From NCBI RefSeq assembly GCF_000150275.1, contig NW_002060946.1:5494597-5558596 (forward strand): a stretch of DNA of 64,000 nt. The letters are read 5' to 3'. Within the stretch, counting starts at the first letter, position 1. Each line of letters opens with the position of its first letter. The stretch comes from Trichoplax adhaerens. Lineage: Eukaryota; Animalia; Placozoa. The notes under the pieces were generated by a model. The model made no database searches, was not told where the DNA came from, and saw only the letters and a list, made by a program, of their open reading frames with translations. Below, one piece after another: positions 39,539 to 52,843 of this stretch. Made by a program: the position numbers and the translations under genes.

Positions 39539-42500
39539 ATGATGGACATTAATGATCCCGACTTCAATCTCATGACAAGAACATCAACAGAGGCAGCAAC
39601 ATCAACAGCAGCATGGTTTAATTCAACGTATTCTTACCATTCAGGTAAGCCGATATCTAACCTATCATATTGGCATAGCCAATTCGATAAACGGAGATAG
39701 TCTAACCTTGCGGGATACTATAACATTCACTTTTTAACCTATTCTTCTGCCCAATAAAAGAAGCGATCATGACATCAAAATTACGTAGCCATTACTTTAC
39801 CAAAGCTCACCATGACATCTATTGCTTAAACTACTGTATAAAATCAACAGATTCAATTTTCTCAACATGATTGTTGTTAAACAGCTAATCAGTGATCAAC
39901 TTGAGTTTTTCTGAGTAAATTGTGAAATTTATTGTGCTATTCATACTTACTTTATGGATGATTGATTTTGTTACGCTATGGTTTCCTCTCCATCGTTGAT
40001 GATGGGGTAAGACGGCTAGTCAAGGATTTGTCCATATCAATTTTCATCAAAATTTTAAATTGGATTTGATCACTTTTATTATTCCTAATTTCACATCCTT
40101 GATCGTTGTTCTTCCCTTTATATCAAGAATCGATTAATCATTTGCTGATCTAAGGGTGATAAATTTGTCTTATTGAACTGCATGAAAGACGAATCATGCT
40201 TACTGTTTGTATGTTAATGGATTATTTGTCTACTTGATGTAGATGGGTCAAGGTTATTCAGACGATTCGATTGCAGTTTAACATCCACTTGAAAGGTTTC
40301 ATTCCTTTCTTAAATCCTCATCATCCATCACTATGACGATATTTGACTTGTTCTTGATTTATTGATCTACGGGTAGTGAAATTTATCTTGTTAAATTTCG
40401 TTAATGACAAATCATTATTATTGCTTGCGGTTTAATCAATCATTTGTTTTGATAACAAGGTATTTTCTGATGATTTGATTGTAGTTTCATATTAAAAGAT
40501 GAAATGATTGAATCCTTTTCCCATCATCTATCATCATCATGACAACATCCATCCGTGATAATATTCTTCATTTGTTGATCGATGGGTAGTTCGATTTGCC
40601 TATCTTAATTGAAAAGGAATCCTCTCTCATTACTATTATATAGAATCAAAAATATCAGCAGTCTTTAGGAGGAGTTTATTTAAGTCTCATCATCGCTATC
40701 ATAACGACTTTAATGTGTGAAATTATTCTTCACTCGTTAATCTATGGGTCGTAAAATTTACCAATCTTCAGTAATAGAAGAATCCTCTCCGATTACCGCG
40801 GCGTAGAATCAATGATTTCTCCAGTCTTGTGGAGGAGTTTATCCTCATTATCCATAGCTACTACCACAAGCATGGGCGACATGATTCTTCATTCGTTGAT
40901 CTATTGGGTGTAAATTTGCCTAACTGGATTTAAAAAGAATTCTTTCGCATTCCTATCCAATTAAATCAATCTATAGTCTATTTATTCCTTAAGGGAAATT
41001 GGTTGTATCTCGTTTAATAAATGAATCCATGGCTAAAGTTCCTTTCTGCAATCTTTATCATTTATCGTTGAGTCCTTCTGTAGAGACTATATTCTTACTT
41101 TGTTGATCATTTAGGTGTAAATTTGTCTCTCTTAATTACAAAACAATCTTCTGCCTCGTTACTTTTCGATTAAATCAATCCAGGAGAATTATTCAATCTC
41201 GATTTAGAATTCAATCAATTGATCCAGTTTCTTTCCTTTCTCCTTATCATCGATCACTGCGACTGCTTTAATGGGAAATAAGATACCCGATTGGTAGATC
41301 GATCAATCGTTTCTTCTGCTTTAATGGATAATAAGATTCTCTATTCTGAGAATGATCGGTTGTCAATTAATCTGATCGATCGCTACTACTGCTTTAATGG
41401 GTAATAAGATTCTCGATTCGTAGATCGATCGTTTCTACAGCTTTATAATGCATATGCATAATAAGATTCTCGATTCTTAGATCGATCGGTTGCCAATTGA
41501 TCTCATCGATGGCGATTACTCCTCTAATGAGAAATAAATTTTTCCATTCGTAGATCGATTGCAATTACTACTTTAATATGCAATAGAATTCTCGATTCGT
41601 AGATCAATTCATTACCAATGGATCTGTTTCGATTATGATCTCGGTGCAAAATGAATCTTTGAATCTAATTTCTTCCCACCGCCTTCATCATCCATTGCTA
41701 CTACTGCTTTAAAAGGTGTCAATAGCTAGGTAATGTAATTCTCGATTTGAAGATCGAGCGGTTGCCCATGATTTGTTTAGATTGAAGGAGAATCTTCTCG
41801 CATTGCTATTGGATTGATTCTATATCCACTTCGTCTTCACAAGAGCTATTTGAGTATCTTGCATGGCAATGAAAAAGAGAATCTCATGATTCAACGCCTT
41901 TCATTAATCTCCATTAGCTGTCGTCATAACAGTTTCCATTAACTTTAATTAATTCATGATCTTATTCATGACTTGTTGACCTATTCGTTGTCAATTGGTC
42001 TGGCTGAGCGGAAAGAGGAATCGCTATGACTCCTTCAATCCTAATTGGTCATTTGTCCTACTTAGCCCTCAGAAGGAGGCCTTTTCCTACGTTGAATATT
42101 AGGTAGATATAAAATCAAACCATTCCTTTCCTTTCCTTAATCCTTACTATACATCACCATGACTACTTTAATTGATCAGATATAAATAATATTATTACTA
42201 ACTTGTTGATCTATCCATTGCCAAATTGTCTCCTGAATCGTAAGGAAGAATCATCCTTACTCTTCGTGCATGAGTCGATGATTAATCCACTTTACTTGAA
42301 CCAAAAGGGTTTTAAAGCGTTGAATTGAAGCTCAATATTCAATCTAATCATTTAATTCTAGTCCTTCCTTCCGATCCCGTAAGCATTGACCGAGTTTTCT
42401 ACCTTATTACTATTTCCATTTGCCTTTGAGCAACACTTGTTGACATATTGCAGATTGTTGATGGATCCACAGCTTCAAACCGATGAAAACTTTGCCATTT

Positions 42501-45500
42501 TATCTAATGCTGCCAAGGATCTTTTTCGATCTTATATAAGTAGATTATCAAGTGAACATTGCTATGATATCATGTTGAGTTTATCCTTTCATGTCTGACC
42601 ATCAATAAGTTTGATTCCAATATTATATCCTGATCAGAGACAAAAACGAAATTCCTTTAGATTACTAGAGAGCATTTTTTTTTTTTTTTTATGCCACTGT
42701 AAAGCATGGCCATCTTGGGCAGAAAATCTTGTTCGCTGTCTTCACCACTTTCGATAGTTTTACTCCCTCGTCATCCAATCTTCAGATTTAAAAAGTAATA
42801 ATTCATTGGATATTCGATTGGATGTTGGAATGAAAACCTTTGTCAGTCAGTCCTATTCTAATTCTAGACTCATTATACGCTACAGTCTATACTTATGTCA
42901 ACAAGCTCGTTAGCCATGCTTGGATAGCATGATGGCGGTTGTATCTTGGCTACCTCTACTCGTAGCGATACTCTAATCCATTCGATCTACTTCTTCCTCT
43001 CCCAATCTATCTTGCTCCTATACCTCTTATCCCCATCATTTGTCATTTTCTCTTCATGGACAAGCTATAACGATTTTAGCTTGTTGTGAGGAATTGAAAA
43101 AATTCTTGTATTGCATCTCCAAATCCTAACCGCTGAATTGTCAATTTCAGTAGAATAAAGTTTGTCCAAGGATAGAAATGAAATACCACAGCCAATATCA
43201 AGGTGTCGTAGAACTACGTTACACCATTCCTGCCATGATTCTGCAATATATTCTAAATATTGCCCATCTCTGCTATGACTGACCATCATTTTGCAGTAGA
43301 ACTGTTGCAATAGAACAATTTACCTCTCTCGATCGGTAAAAAGAAATATTCCTACTCTTGATTTCGTTATTCGAAATACGAGTAGAACTGCTACTGCTAA
43401 CCATTATTTCACGAATAGAACTATTGCAATAGGAAATTTGGCAATAGGGGAATAAATAATTTACTCAATACCTTGGAAGGGTAGTAAAGACCTAAAATGT
43501 TGCCCTAAAAAGCCGACAAGCACCGTGTTTAACAAGAGAATCTTAATTAAACCAATTCGTCCATGCTCAGCGATCGGTTATGGACGGTAGCCTACAGGCG
43601 CCAACTCAATAATTGGGGATAGGCACTTGCGTTCAAAAAGCAGCAGGATACGAAATATTATAAAAGTTTGCTATCCCGCTGGATAGACTTAATGAGTTAT
43701 ATCCTATAGGTTACAAAATATCTCAGGATCGCTATAGAATTTCTGTTTTTCATTTATCGCTATTTTAGATCACGATGGTAGCAATTACTGGCCAATGGAG
43801 CGCGATGAATTTACACAAGCTGCCAGCGTTGATGAAGAAGAAAGGTAAATAACAAGACTAAATCCTATTAAAGGAGCTTTCACCATGAACTCGATCTTAT
43901 TAGAGTATCGTAGTATCATCGTTATCCTTCCAACATACTGTAAAACCCAATACTATTTGACTTGAAGAACCATTTCTGTTAAAGGAGATTATTAGTTCAA
44001 AATCTAAATTTGAAGAGAATACTTGACTATCGTTGCATGGCGAAGCAAGTTCTCTAGCATATCCAAGCAACAGACAAGAGAAGAAGATAAGATATAGAGC
44101 AAAGTGATTTTACCTTCAATGACGGTAGTAGTAGTAGAGAATTCTCTCATTTCTCAAATCGTAGTTAGAAATGAGCAGAACGCGATAGATTACAAGTTCT
44201 TCAGCATAGAATGCCTAAGCTGCGGCAAATCCATTCGCTTCTGTATCTATATTTTCGTGAAGAAATTTCGACCGCACAGATATCCAAGTCATGATAAACT
44301 AAGCGCTACTAACTGCATGGATTAAAATCTAGTTTGTCATCGTAGCCTTCAGTTATGTAGCGAAAAAATTTTCAACTCCATGGAAGACATTATGAACGAA
44401 ATTTCTCTTAATCACCGTATGGCTTAAAAATCGACTTTATTAATAAGCTAAGGGCTAATAACTGCATGGACTAAAATCTAGTTTATCATCGTAGCCTTCA
44501 GTTATGTAGCGAAGAAATTTTCAACTCCATGGAAGACATTACGAACGAAGTTTCTCTTAATCACCGTATGGGTTAAAAATCGAGTCAGCAGTCACATTCT
44601 TTGCTAATTCTACTTACTTCATTAGTATAAGGAATCACGTTAAACCTTGAAGCAGTTTTATAACCAACCATAAATAGGATACAATTTTATTTCTAGTACT
44701 AAACAAACTGTCATAATGAATCACTTTGATTGACTCCGATTGCTATCTAGATATGTTCATCCCGGCGAAAGTAGAGACCTGTGGGATATTATTAAAAGCT
44801 CGCTCAATTTTCAAGAATTAAATCAAGTTTTAGAAAGTTTAGATTTACTTATGGAAGAAGCCAGTAAGTTCAAGAGAAATTTTCTTTGTCCAACCTTTAT
44901 ATTGAATCATATCGGCAATAAATAATATAAGTCTAGAGCCATAAGTTTGTTCGTTTCATGATTCGGTGGATTGCTTTCTGAAAAATACGTCTATTTTTTC
45001 CTTTGCCACCAGTTTATTTCATTTTGCAAATTTTGATTTTATTCCTGCTATCTATATTAAACTTGTATAAGTCGCATCATCCATTTTTTTCCATTCCCAA
45101 ACTCTGCTTGACACTGTAATTATTTCAATATATTAACATTGCATCAGTCTTTCATGGATTCTTGATTTCTCCTTCTATATCGATTGATTGAAATTTGTAT
45201 TCATTCCATCCCTTAGCTTATCATATTCATAGTACATTTTGAATCTTCTATTTTTGCCTTAATTGGAGAATATGACCACGCCGCTAATTTTAAAGGATGA
45301 CATTCACGTCTACTTTACTTAGCACAAGTAGTTGTATATGATCGTAAATTCATTTCTTACAGACCTTTCCATGTTATATTATTACAGGATAGAATTAGGC
45401 TTGATCCAAGCGACATTAAATTAATCGTGCTCAAGTGTTTAGTGCTATAAATTGTAACGTGAATACTTCCAATAAGATCGAAAATTGAATGGCGTAGAAT

Positions 45501-48500
45501 AGTTATAGCCATATCGATATGTCTAGCTAAAGTCCGAGTAGAGAGCAAAAACGGGCTTTAGTTGGCTATGCGAGTGCTTTAAGTAGAATATTAATCATAT
45601 GAATACACTTTATTGCTGTATTATGTTAAAATTGGAGATCCTGATTTCTCCATATCTATATTTATATCTATCGCTCCATATCTACAGCCATTTTTGACGC
45701 TAATTTGGATATTATTTCGTGACATTGCTAATTTTAAATGACTACACTTCGCTCACTTGCCTAGAGTTTACTAGCACATATATCCGGTAGTGCATAAGTA
45801 TCAGTCTTTTCCATTCCCATTTTGCCATGACTGCTTGATCACAATTTTATTAGTATTTAATTTGGATAAATTATCTTCTTTGCGAATTCCTCAATCTTAA
45901 TCTAAGCGATATATCATGGCGCTCATGAGTTGATACTTTTCAGGGTTATACAATTATTCCAATGCTATCGCTATGAAAATGCATTGTTGCAGTAATTCAT
46001 GTATCATGTTGTTAGAGGACAGAGTATATCTAGATCTAGGCAATATTGAAGAGTACTTATAATTTCTACTTTCTTCAAACCACGTATCGTTATCCCTTAA
46101 TGATATGATAGGTCCAAATCTTCGCGCTGAAATGATGGAACAAATACCTCAAGTTGCCAATTATTTAGTTCAAGACTGTCAGATGCCAACGGCAATGTCT
46201 GATTACTTATTACCTATTGTATTAAAGAGTTTAATGGATCCTTACATAGAAGTATGCATAAAAATTGATATATAATCGACAAGGTAAATTATTATCGAAA
46301 TATTCTATTAATATGCAATTATTTCTTTATTTCAGGTTAGAAAAATAAGTCAGGCGACCTTGATCGTCATGTTGATGAAAAATCTAATTAGTCAAGGTTA
46401 TCCTTGATTCGATTTTTATTAGCATAATAAAACATTTTATTTGTTTTCTGACTCGTTGTTTAATTATTTAAAAAAAAATATAGAGGATATTGAAGACCAA
46501 ATATGCCAAGTTTTATTTGAAATGAGTCATCCTGATTGCAGTGATGAAAATCGTTGTGAATCTGTCTGTGTATGTCTTTCTTGTCCTTTCTCAGATATGC
46601 AATGGATAGAGGCATCAATTAGGCTACTATACTATTTCATTTTATGCCTTGCTAGTAGCTAAAAGATTTTAAAATAAGATGATATTGGTAGCGCTGTATA
46701 GGTAATATTTTAATGATTAAAATAATATGATATCAAAATATCCGTAGATTATGGCTAGGATGGCCCAACAAATTGAGGAGGAAATTGCTCAGCGTTCAAT
46801 TTTGCCTCGATTTGAACAATTATGTAAAGATGAGTTCTCACAAATGCGCAAAGCTTGCGCTGAAAATATCGGTGATATCTGCAATGCCATTGGTAGTAGT
46901 AAAACGGAAGAAATTCTCGTAAGATATGCTTATATAAGAGTTCTACCTATTTTGTCAGTATAAGTTTATGTTCTATTAGTAATCTTTCTTACGAGATTTT
47001 TAAAAGTTCCAATTGAACTGTCTAATCATCTCTATTTTAGCTACCAATTTTTATCAAATTAAGCCGTGATGAAATATGGGGAGTGCGAAAGGTTCATTTC
47101 AATTTCATTTGAAGTATATCTAAAAGGGAATCATTATGTAAGAATAAATGGATTACTACTATTCCTTGTAGGCTTGTGCTGACAATATTATGGCTGTTTC
47201 TTTCGCTGTCTCACTCCATCTCCGGCATAGCGTTCTAGCTGCTATTGCAATCGATTTATTGCAAGATAAATCGAAATGGGTAAGACTTTAACTAGAATAT
47301 TAAACTGGACAATAAATTTAACTATCTAATAATATGGAATTCTTATAGGTACGCATGGGAGCCTATAAATCTCTTGGCCAATTTATCTTTTCATTTGTTG
47401 ATTCCGAAGATAATACTATTACCAATAATAATAGCGATACTACTGATTTAGCTAGAAAAATTTTACCTGACTTAGATCTACAAAATCATCAATTCATTGG
47501 AGGAATAGCTACGTAAGTAGAACATTTGTCGATGTTATGATATGAGTTGGATGCATTTCTACTTTAGATTGAGTGGTAGAGACAGAGGTTTTGAATTTGA
47601 AACGAGAAGAAAAGGATAAATTAAATTATTCAACTCACTAAACATTTTTAATGCATAGTAACTGCTTACTATTCGTTATAAAAGCACTTAAAATGATTTT
47701 AGATGCGACAACATCAATGATTAGATGGTTGAAAGAGAAAAGATTTAAAATCAACTTACCAAAAAGTTTTTAAAAATGCAGAACAACTTGTTACTAGTTA
47801 TAAAAGCAATTACAGCGATTTTACATGCAATTAGAACAATTTTAAATGCAATAACATAGTCAACGAACAGATCGAAACAAAGGAGTTCTGATAGAGATAC
47901 TGCTTTTACAACTAAAGGAGAAATACTCAAAATAAAATGATTTAATTCATTGATCGACTGCAGACTTATAAATAACAGTAGAAAAGATTTACGATGCTAC
48001 TAACACAATTTTTTTCATGACTACTTATAAAATTGAAATCTTAGGATTGATCCAATCGATACTGGTAGCATTACTGGTGCTTTAGCTGGACAATTGCCAT
48101 TCCCATGGCAAGATGGAAATAATCAATTTACTACTCGAACTTTAGGAAATTTTACGCATAAATCAGTGGACGATATTGTCAATCAATTAGCTTCCATGAC
48201 AGTTGATAATAATGGCGATATAAATAATTTACCATATCCAGTCAAAAAGGTTCGTTAATAGCTGGGACAAAGTCAATTTAGAGTATAGCACTTGATTTGA
48301 ATTATACTTTAACCCTTGAAGGGTATTTTTTGTGGATAAAATTAAGCATTAATTGATCTATCAGACCAAATCAATTCTCTCTCTTCCATAGAACCGATCT
48401 CGAGCCTCCTCTTTAAATAGCAGTATCTCAGCAAGTCCAATCTTGTTCTCTACTAAATCGGTCAATAATGGCGACCAGGCTATCGAACAAGTAAGTTTAC

Positions 48501-51500
48501 TTCTAAATCGAATAAATCAACTGCAAGAAACAGTAATGGATAACCTGAATCAAACTTGAGGATGATGGAGAAAGATTTTTCTTCCTTGAAGTAGCTCTTG
48601 AAAGATTTTTCGACTATCTCGATCAAGTTATTCCTGCCCATTCTTCTTTCGATAGAATATAACTTGAAACACCGCCATTGCTATAATGATTCTTAATTCA
48701 TCGTTGTTATTTTAGTATTCTACTTACTGCATATCTTGAATAAGATCAATGATTAAAATTATTGCGATATTTTTTATATTTAGTATCTACTCAGAGGTAG
48801 TAGCAATACTTTTGATGGAATAATTTTTAGATTGGAATACGACTTTCCTTCATTAAACATTATATAAATTAGATTAAAGATTTGTTCGAGATTGCGTCAT
48901 AACAGATGTATCTGCTCTATTTTTTTAGGATCTTATACCGCAAACTTTATTGGATAATTATTTAGCTATGGTCAATCCGGAAGTAATAGAAAAAGTCGAT
49001 GTACAGCTGCCCTATTTTTGCGCTTATAACTTACCAGCAGTAACACTAGCTTTAGGTAGAAGATATTGGCACTATTTAAAACGTGTCTACGCTTCCTTGG
49101 CAATTAATCCACAGGTATGATTCCTCCCTTTTCTACTTTTTACTGTGTATTAATCTTTGCAAAATTGAAGCATTTCTAGTGGAAAGAATATATTTTCTGC
49201 ATCAAATCTATAGTTAAAGTGGCCAAAAATCTACATGTAGTTTCCACCATCTTATTTCTCATGAAAAGTGCCCATTTATAAAATCATTTATTAAGATGAC
49301 GGAAATCTCCATTTCGTATGCAGCGTAATATTGCTTTCAAATTTATTTTGACGATTTCTAATGGAAAGAATCCGTTCATAAATCTTTCCTCAAGATAGCG
49401 AAAAATATTCATTTCATTTCCTTAATAGTATTTCTACAAAATTATTATTTGATCATTTTAACAAAAAGAGTACGTTCATACAATTATTCATCAAGATGTA
49501 GCAAATGTAAATTTAGTTTGTAAAGTAATGTTGACTTGAAATTTATTTTTAAAGGTGAAAGTTCGGCGTACTTTAGCTCATTCCTTTATCGATATGGCAT
49601 TAATACTTGGAATGGATATTACTACAAAAGATTTAGTGCCCGTATTCCATGAATTTATGCAAGACAGTAAAGAAGAGGTTGCAATATTTTTTCGTATATA
49701 CTCTATAATCTTAATTCTATTAGCTCATCCATCGATTTTTAATTAACTCTTATACTAGGTTCGAATGGGCATTTTAAAACATCTGCATCAATTTATTCAA
49801 GTAAGACAGTGGGAAATGAAACATTGTCAATATTGTAGTCTGCTATTTTCCTAAAAATCAATTCATTCCTATCCTTTTATAGCTACTGCCTTACCAAATT
49901 CAAATTCAATATCTTCCATTATTGAAAGAGTTTATCCCTTCTTATTCCAGCTCTAACTGGAGGATGAGATTTGATTATATCCAGTATGCACTTATCCGAC
50001 ATGATCATACTTCATTTCTTCTGGACACTGTTTAAGATATCATCTTAACCCTCATTTTACCTATTTATGATTATACTACATTAGGCAACTTATTTTACTA
50101 TCAGAAATCTATCCTCCTGCAGAATTGTACACCTTTTTTTGCCCTGTAGCTTTAAATTTAGCTGCTGATTCGGTAGCAAGTGTTCGCAAGAAAGCAAATG
50201 TATTGGTTAGTTTAAAATAGATTAAAATAAAAAATCAATCTTGAATTCGCTAATCAAGTAATTTATGATCCTTTCTGGTCAATGATTGATATTTTAGATT
50301 TGCGATTTGATGAAGCGATTTCGAGAATTTTCAGATCTTACACTATGGGATAGTTTTTGCCAGGAGATTGTTACTATATTTTCAAATCATCCACACTGGT
50401 TACGACGCCAAGAGTAAGTTACTTTAAAATTTCCTATGGTATATTTGGTTAGAGTTGTAATAGACATGTAGAATGCTGATTACTATTTAAGAGTAAAGAA
50501 TCTTTCTGCTATTATTACGGTTCTTATTCTAATAAGGAAAATATTTTTTGGCTTTTCTTGGAGTATTTCGATAATTCCTAGGCAGAATGCTGTTACGATA
50601 TTAATTTTATTTCCATTAGCAATATTTCATGCTTGTAAAAGTACATTTATAAAACACAATGTTATTAATTACAAGAAAAATTTGGTAGAAAGTATCGTTT
50701 TTAGTCCTAGGTAGAATTTCGTTAAAATATTAACTTTACTTCCTTTACCAACATTTCAACGCCATTCATTGTAATATAAAATATTATGTTATTAATTACA
50801 AGAAGAATTAAGTAGATAGTATGGTTCTTACTCCTAGGCGAATTCGGCTATGATATTAACTTTATTTCTCTCACTAGCATTTCAACGCCGTAAAAGTACA
50901 TTTCTAAAAGACTATTTTATCAGTTACAAGAAGAATTCGGTAGAAAGCATCGTTTCTAGTCCTAGGCAGAATTCTGATACAATATCAACTACATTTCCGT
51001 CAATAATTTTTTAACGGCATAAAAGTACTCTTATAAACACTATGCTACTAATTGCACGAAGAATTGAGTAGAATGCATCATTTTAGCTTATTCAAGTGTA
51101 ACCATTCTAATAGGCAGTAGACTAACTTATATTGAAGGTTTTCTATGTCAATATAGCTGTCATGAGTTAACTTTACTATTCTCAAATATATTCTAGGTAT
51201 ACCCACTTATGTCAAAGTTTACTTGAAAATCAAAGTGAAACTCCTGAAGATTTTGCAGTTCGTTTTCTGCCCAGCCTACTTGAATTGGCCACTGATAAAG
51301 TACCCAATGTGCGGCTTGGAGTTGCAAGAACATTAAGCCAAACAATATCCAAGATTGGTAAAGCTTTCTTTCATGATATTACTCTTTGCTTATTGCATAA
51401 TTTTAATCCTATAGTCTAGTAAAACATCATAGCTTAAAGTAATATCAATAGTTTCATTTTTCAAATCAAATTAAGAAGTGAAACAAATCTATCCACTGAT

Positions 51501-51764
51501 AGGAAGCTTTTAAAGTGTTATTTCGTAGTAATTACAAAATCAAACTAAGAAATAAAGCAAATCTATCCAGGGATCATTTTGATTGCAGTGCTCTAATGAT
51601 AAAATGTACAATTTCTTGCAGATTTTTACCTCTATCCTTCAGAGCAGGATTCATTTAATCAAAGTAAATTAACATCAACTCTTGCAAACTTAGCTAACGA
51701 TCCAGATCCTGATGTGCAATATTATGCTACTGTATTTCTCCATGTAAGCTCAACTAGTGATTGA
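39539..51764 (+). CDS. PPP4R1: Serine/threonine protein phosphatase 4 regulatory subunit 1 (HEAT repeats), ~20 exons; first exon 39539-39644 is tentative, then 43769-43844, ~44751-44863, ~46112 onward, last exon 51622-51764
   Basis: Spliced motifs PNLRAEMMEQIP, VRKISQATL, ILPRFEQLC...MRKACAENIGDIC, DEIWGVRKACA, KWVRMGAYKSLGQFI, DLIPQTLLDNYLAM...CAYNLPAVTLALGRRYW, KVRRTLAHS, NWRMR, DKVPNVRL, DPDPDVQYYA. These match PP4R1 rather than PP2A-A. Exon 1 is assigned from its donor and phase compatibility only. Confidence 0.88.
40040..42300. repeat. Degenerate nested repeats in putative PPP4R1 intron 1: ~180 bp units, plus ~60-75 bp units at 41255-41770
   Basis: Recurring TCATC.TCCAT...TTCTTCA.T.GTTGATCTA.GGGT..AAATTT, and CTGCTTTAATGGG.AATAAGATTCTCGATTCGTAGATCGATC. 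Confidence 0.75.
44294..44583. repeat. Near-identical tandem duplication, 2 x ~149 bp, in a PPP4R1 intron
   Basis: AACTGCATGGA.TAAAATCTAGTTT.TCATCGTAGCCTTCAGTTATGTAGCGAA.AAATTTTCAACTCCATGGAAGACATTA.GAACGAA.TTTCTCTTAATCACCGTATGG occurs twice. Confidence 0.95.
50577..51085. repeat. Tandem repeat, 4 x ~128 bp, in a PPP4R1 intron
   Basis: CCTAGG at ~50577, 50707, 50833 and 50961, each followed by ATATTAA.TT...TTAATTACAAGAA.AATT.(G/A)GTAGA or a close variant. Confidence 0.85.
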
Positions 51765-52843
51765 TTGATAAACACGGTGGCCTCATGGCTAAATTATTAA
51801 TGAATTATTATTAACTTTCCTATTTCTAGTGATTACTAATCGGGCAAAGGAGGAAAATTTAAGTATTATATATCATATAATACCTAGTAAAACTTAAAAT
51901 TTACAGGAACCTATTTACGATATTGTTAAAGTCAATGATGTGCTCCATACTCATAAATTTTATATCAAACAACCGAATAATATCATTATCCGGCCACCTT
52001 ATCCACCTAATTGTCATATTTTACTCACTTCAAATCAACTAAGCCTTAATATAATGTATTGCCACAAAGTTTGCAAACTTAATCCGACTAATTTCTTAAT
52101 CACTTCCATTTATTGTGTGATTTAAAAAAAAATGCTTACTCTGGATGTTATAATAATAATATTTATTACTATATGGGATAATTCACTGAAAATATGTAAT
52201 ATATATGCCTATACTAAAGGTATAATCTCGCATTTTACTCGTTATTTTAATCAGAATGATCAAAGTGTTGTGTAATCCAATATGTAATATACTCGTACAT
52301 TCAGTATATATATATATCTACTTTTCATCTATCCATACAGTATATATATACAAAATAATTTATACTCATTCTATTGTAATAATAACGGAAAAAATAGAGG
52401 AAATATTTCTGTATCTTATTGTTATATGTAATCCAAAATGATACCAATCATCACTGAAAGATTAAAGTAGTCAAAGTTAGATCTGCGCTTGATTTACAAT
52501 TATAGATATCGATCTTTCAATAGGAATTAATTTTTACCCAATATTTTTTACAGTATACAATTGGTAGAAATTTCAATATTAAAAAAGTTACCGTTCCAGC
52601 ACTATATAAAATTATCAACTTTATACACATCTCTTAATGCTAAGATCTCCTACATTATAAAAGAATTCTTAGAGTCATCCTTAAGATCTTATTGTACACT
52701 AAGCAGATCTATGATAAAGCATAATTTAATTAATCATTTACATTACATGTACGGTACTATTGCACTGACTAAAATCAAACATATACAGTAATAGTTAACA
52801 TACGAGCCTATTGTTATTATTTTAATAGCAAACTCGTTGTTCT

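Noticed and set aside
40243-40294. Possible extra PPP4R1 exon that would read LTPLER if one base were removed
   Set aside because: It needs a frameshift. The exon at 43769 already supplies the homologous segment and joins exon 1 in phase.
46397-46482. Possible U12-type intron in PPP4R1 (donor GTTATCCTT)
   Set aside because: The donor deviates from the strict GTATCCTT consensus and there is no clear TCCTTAAC branch site.
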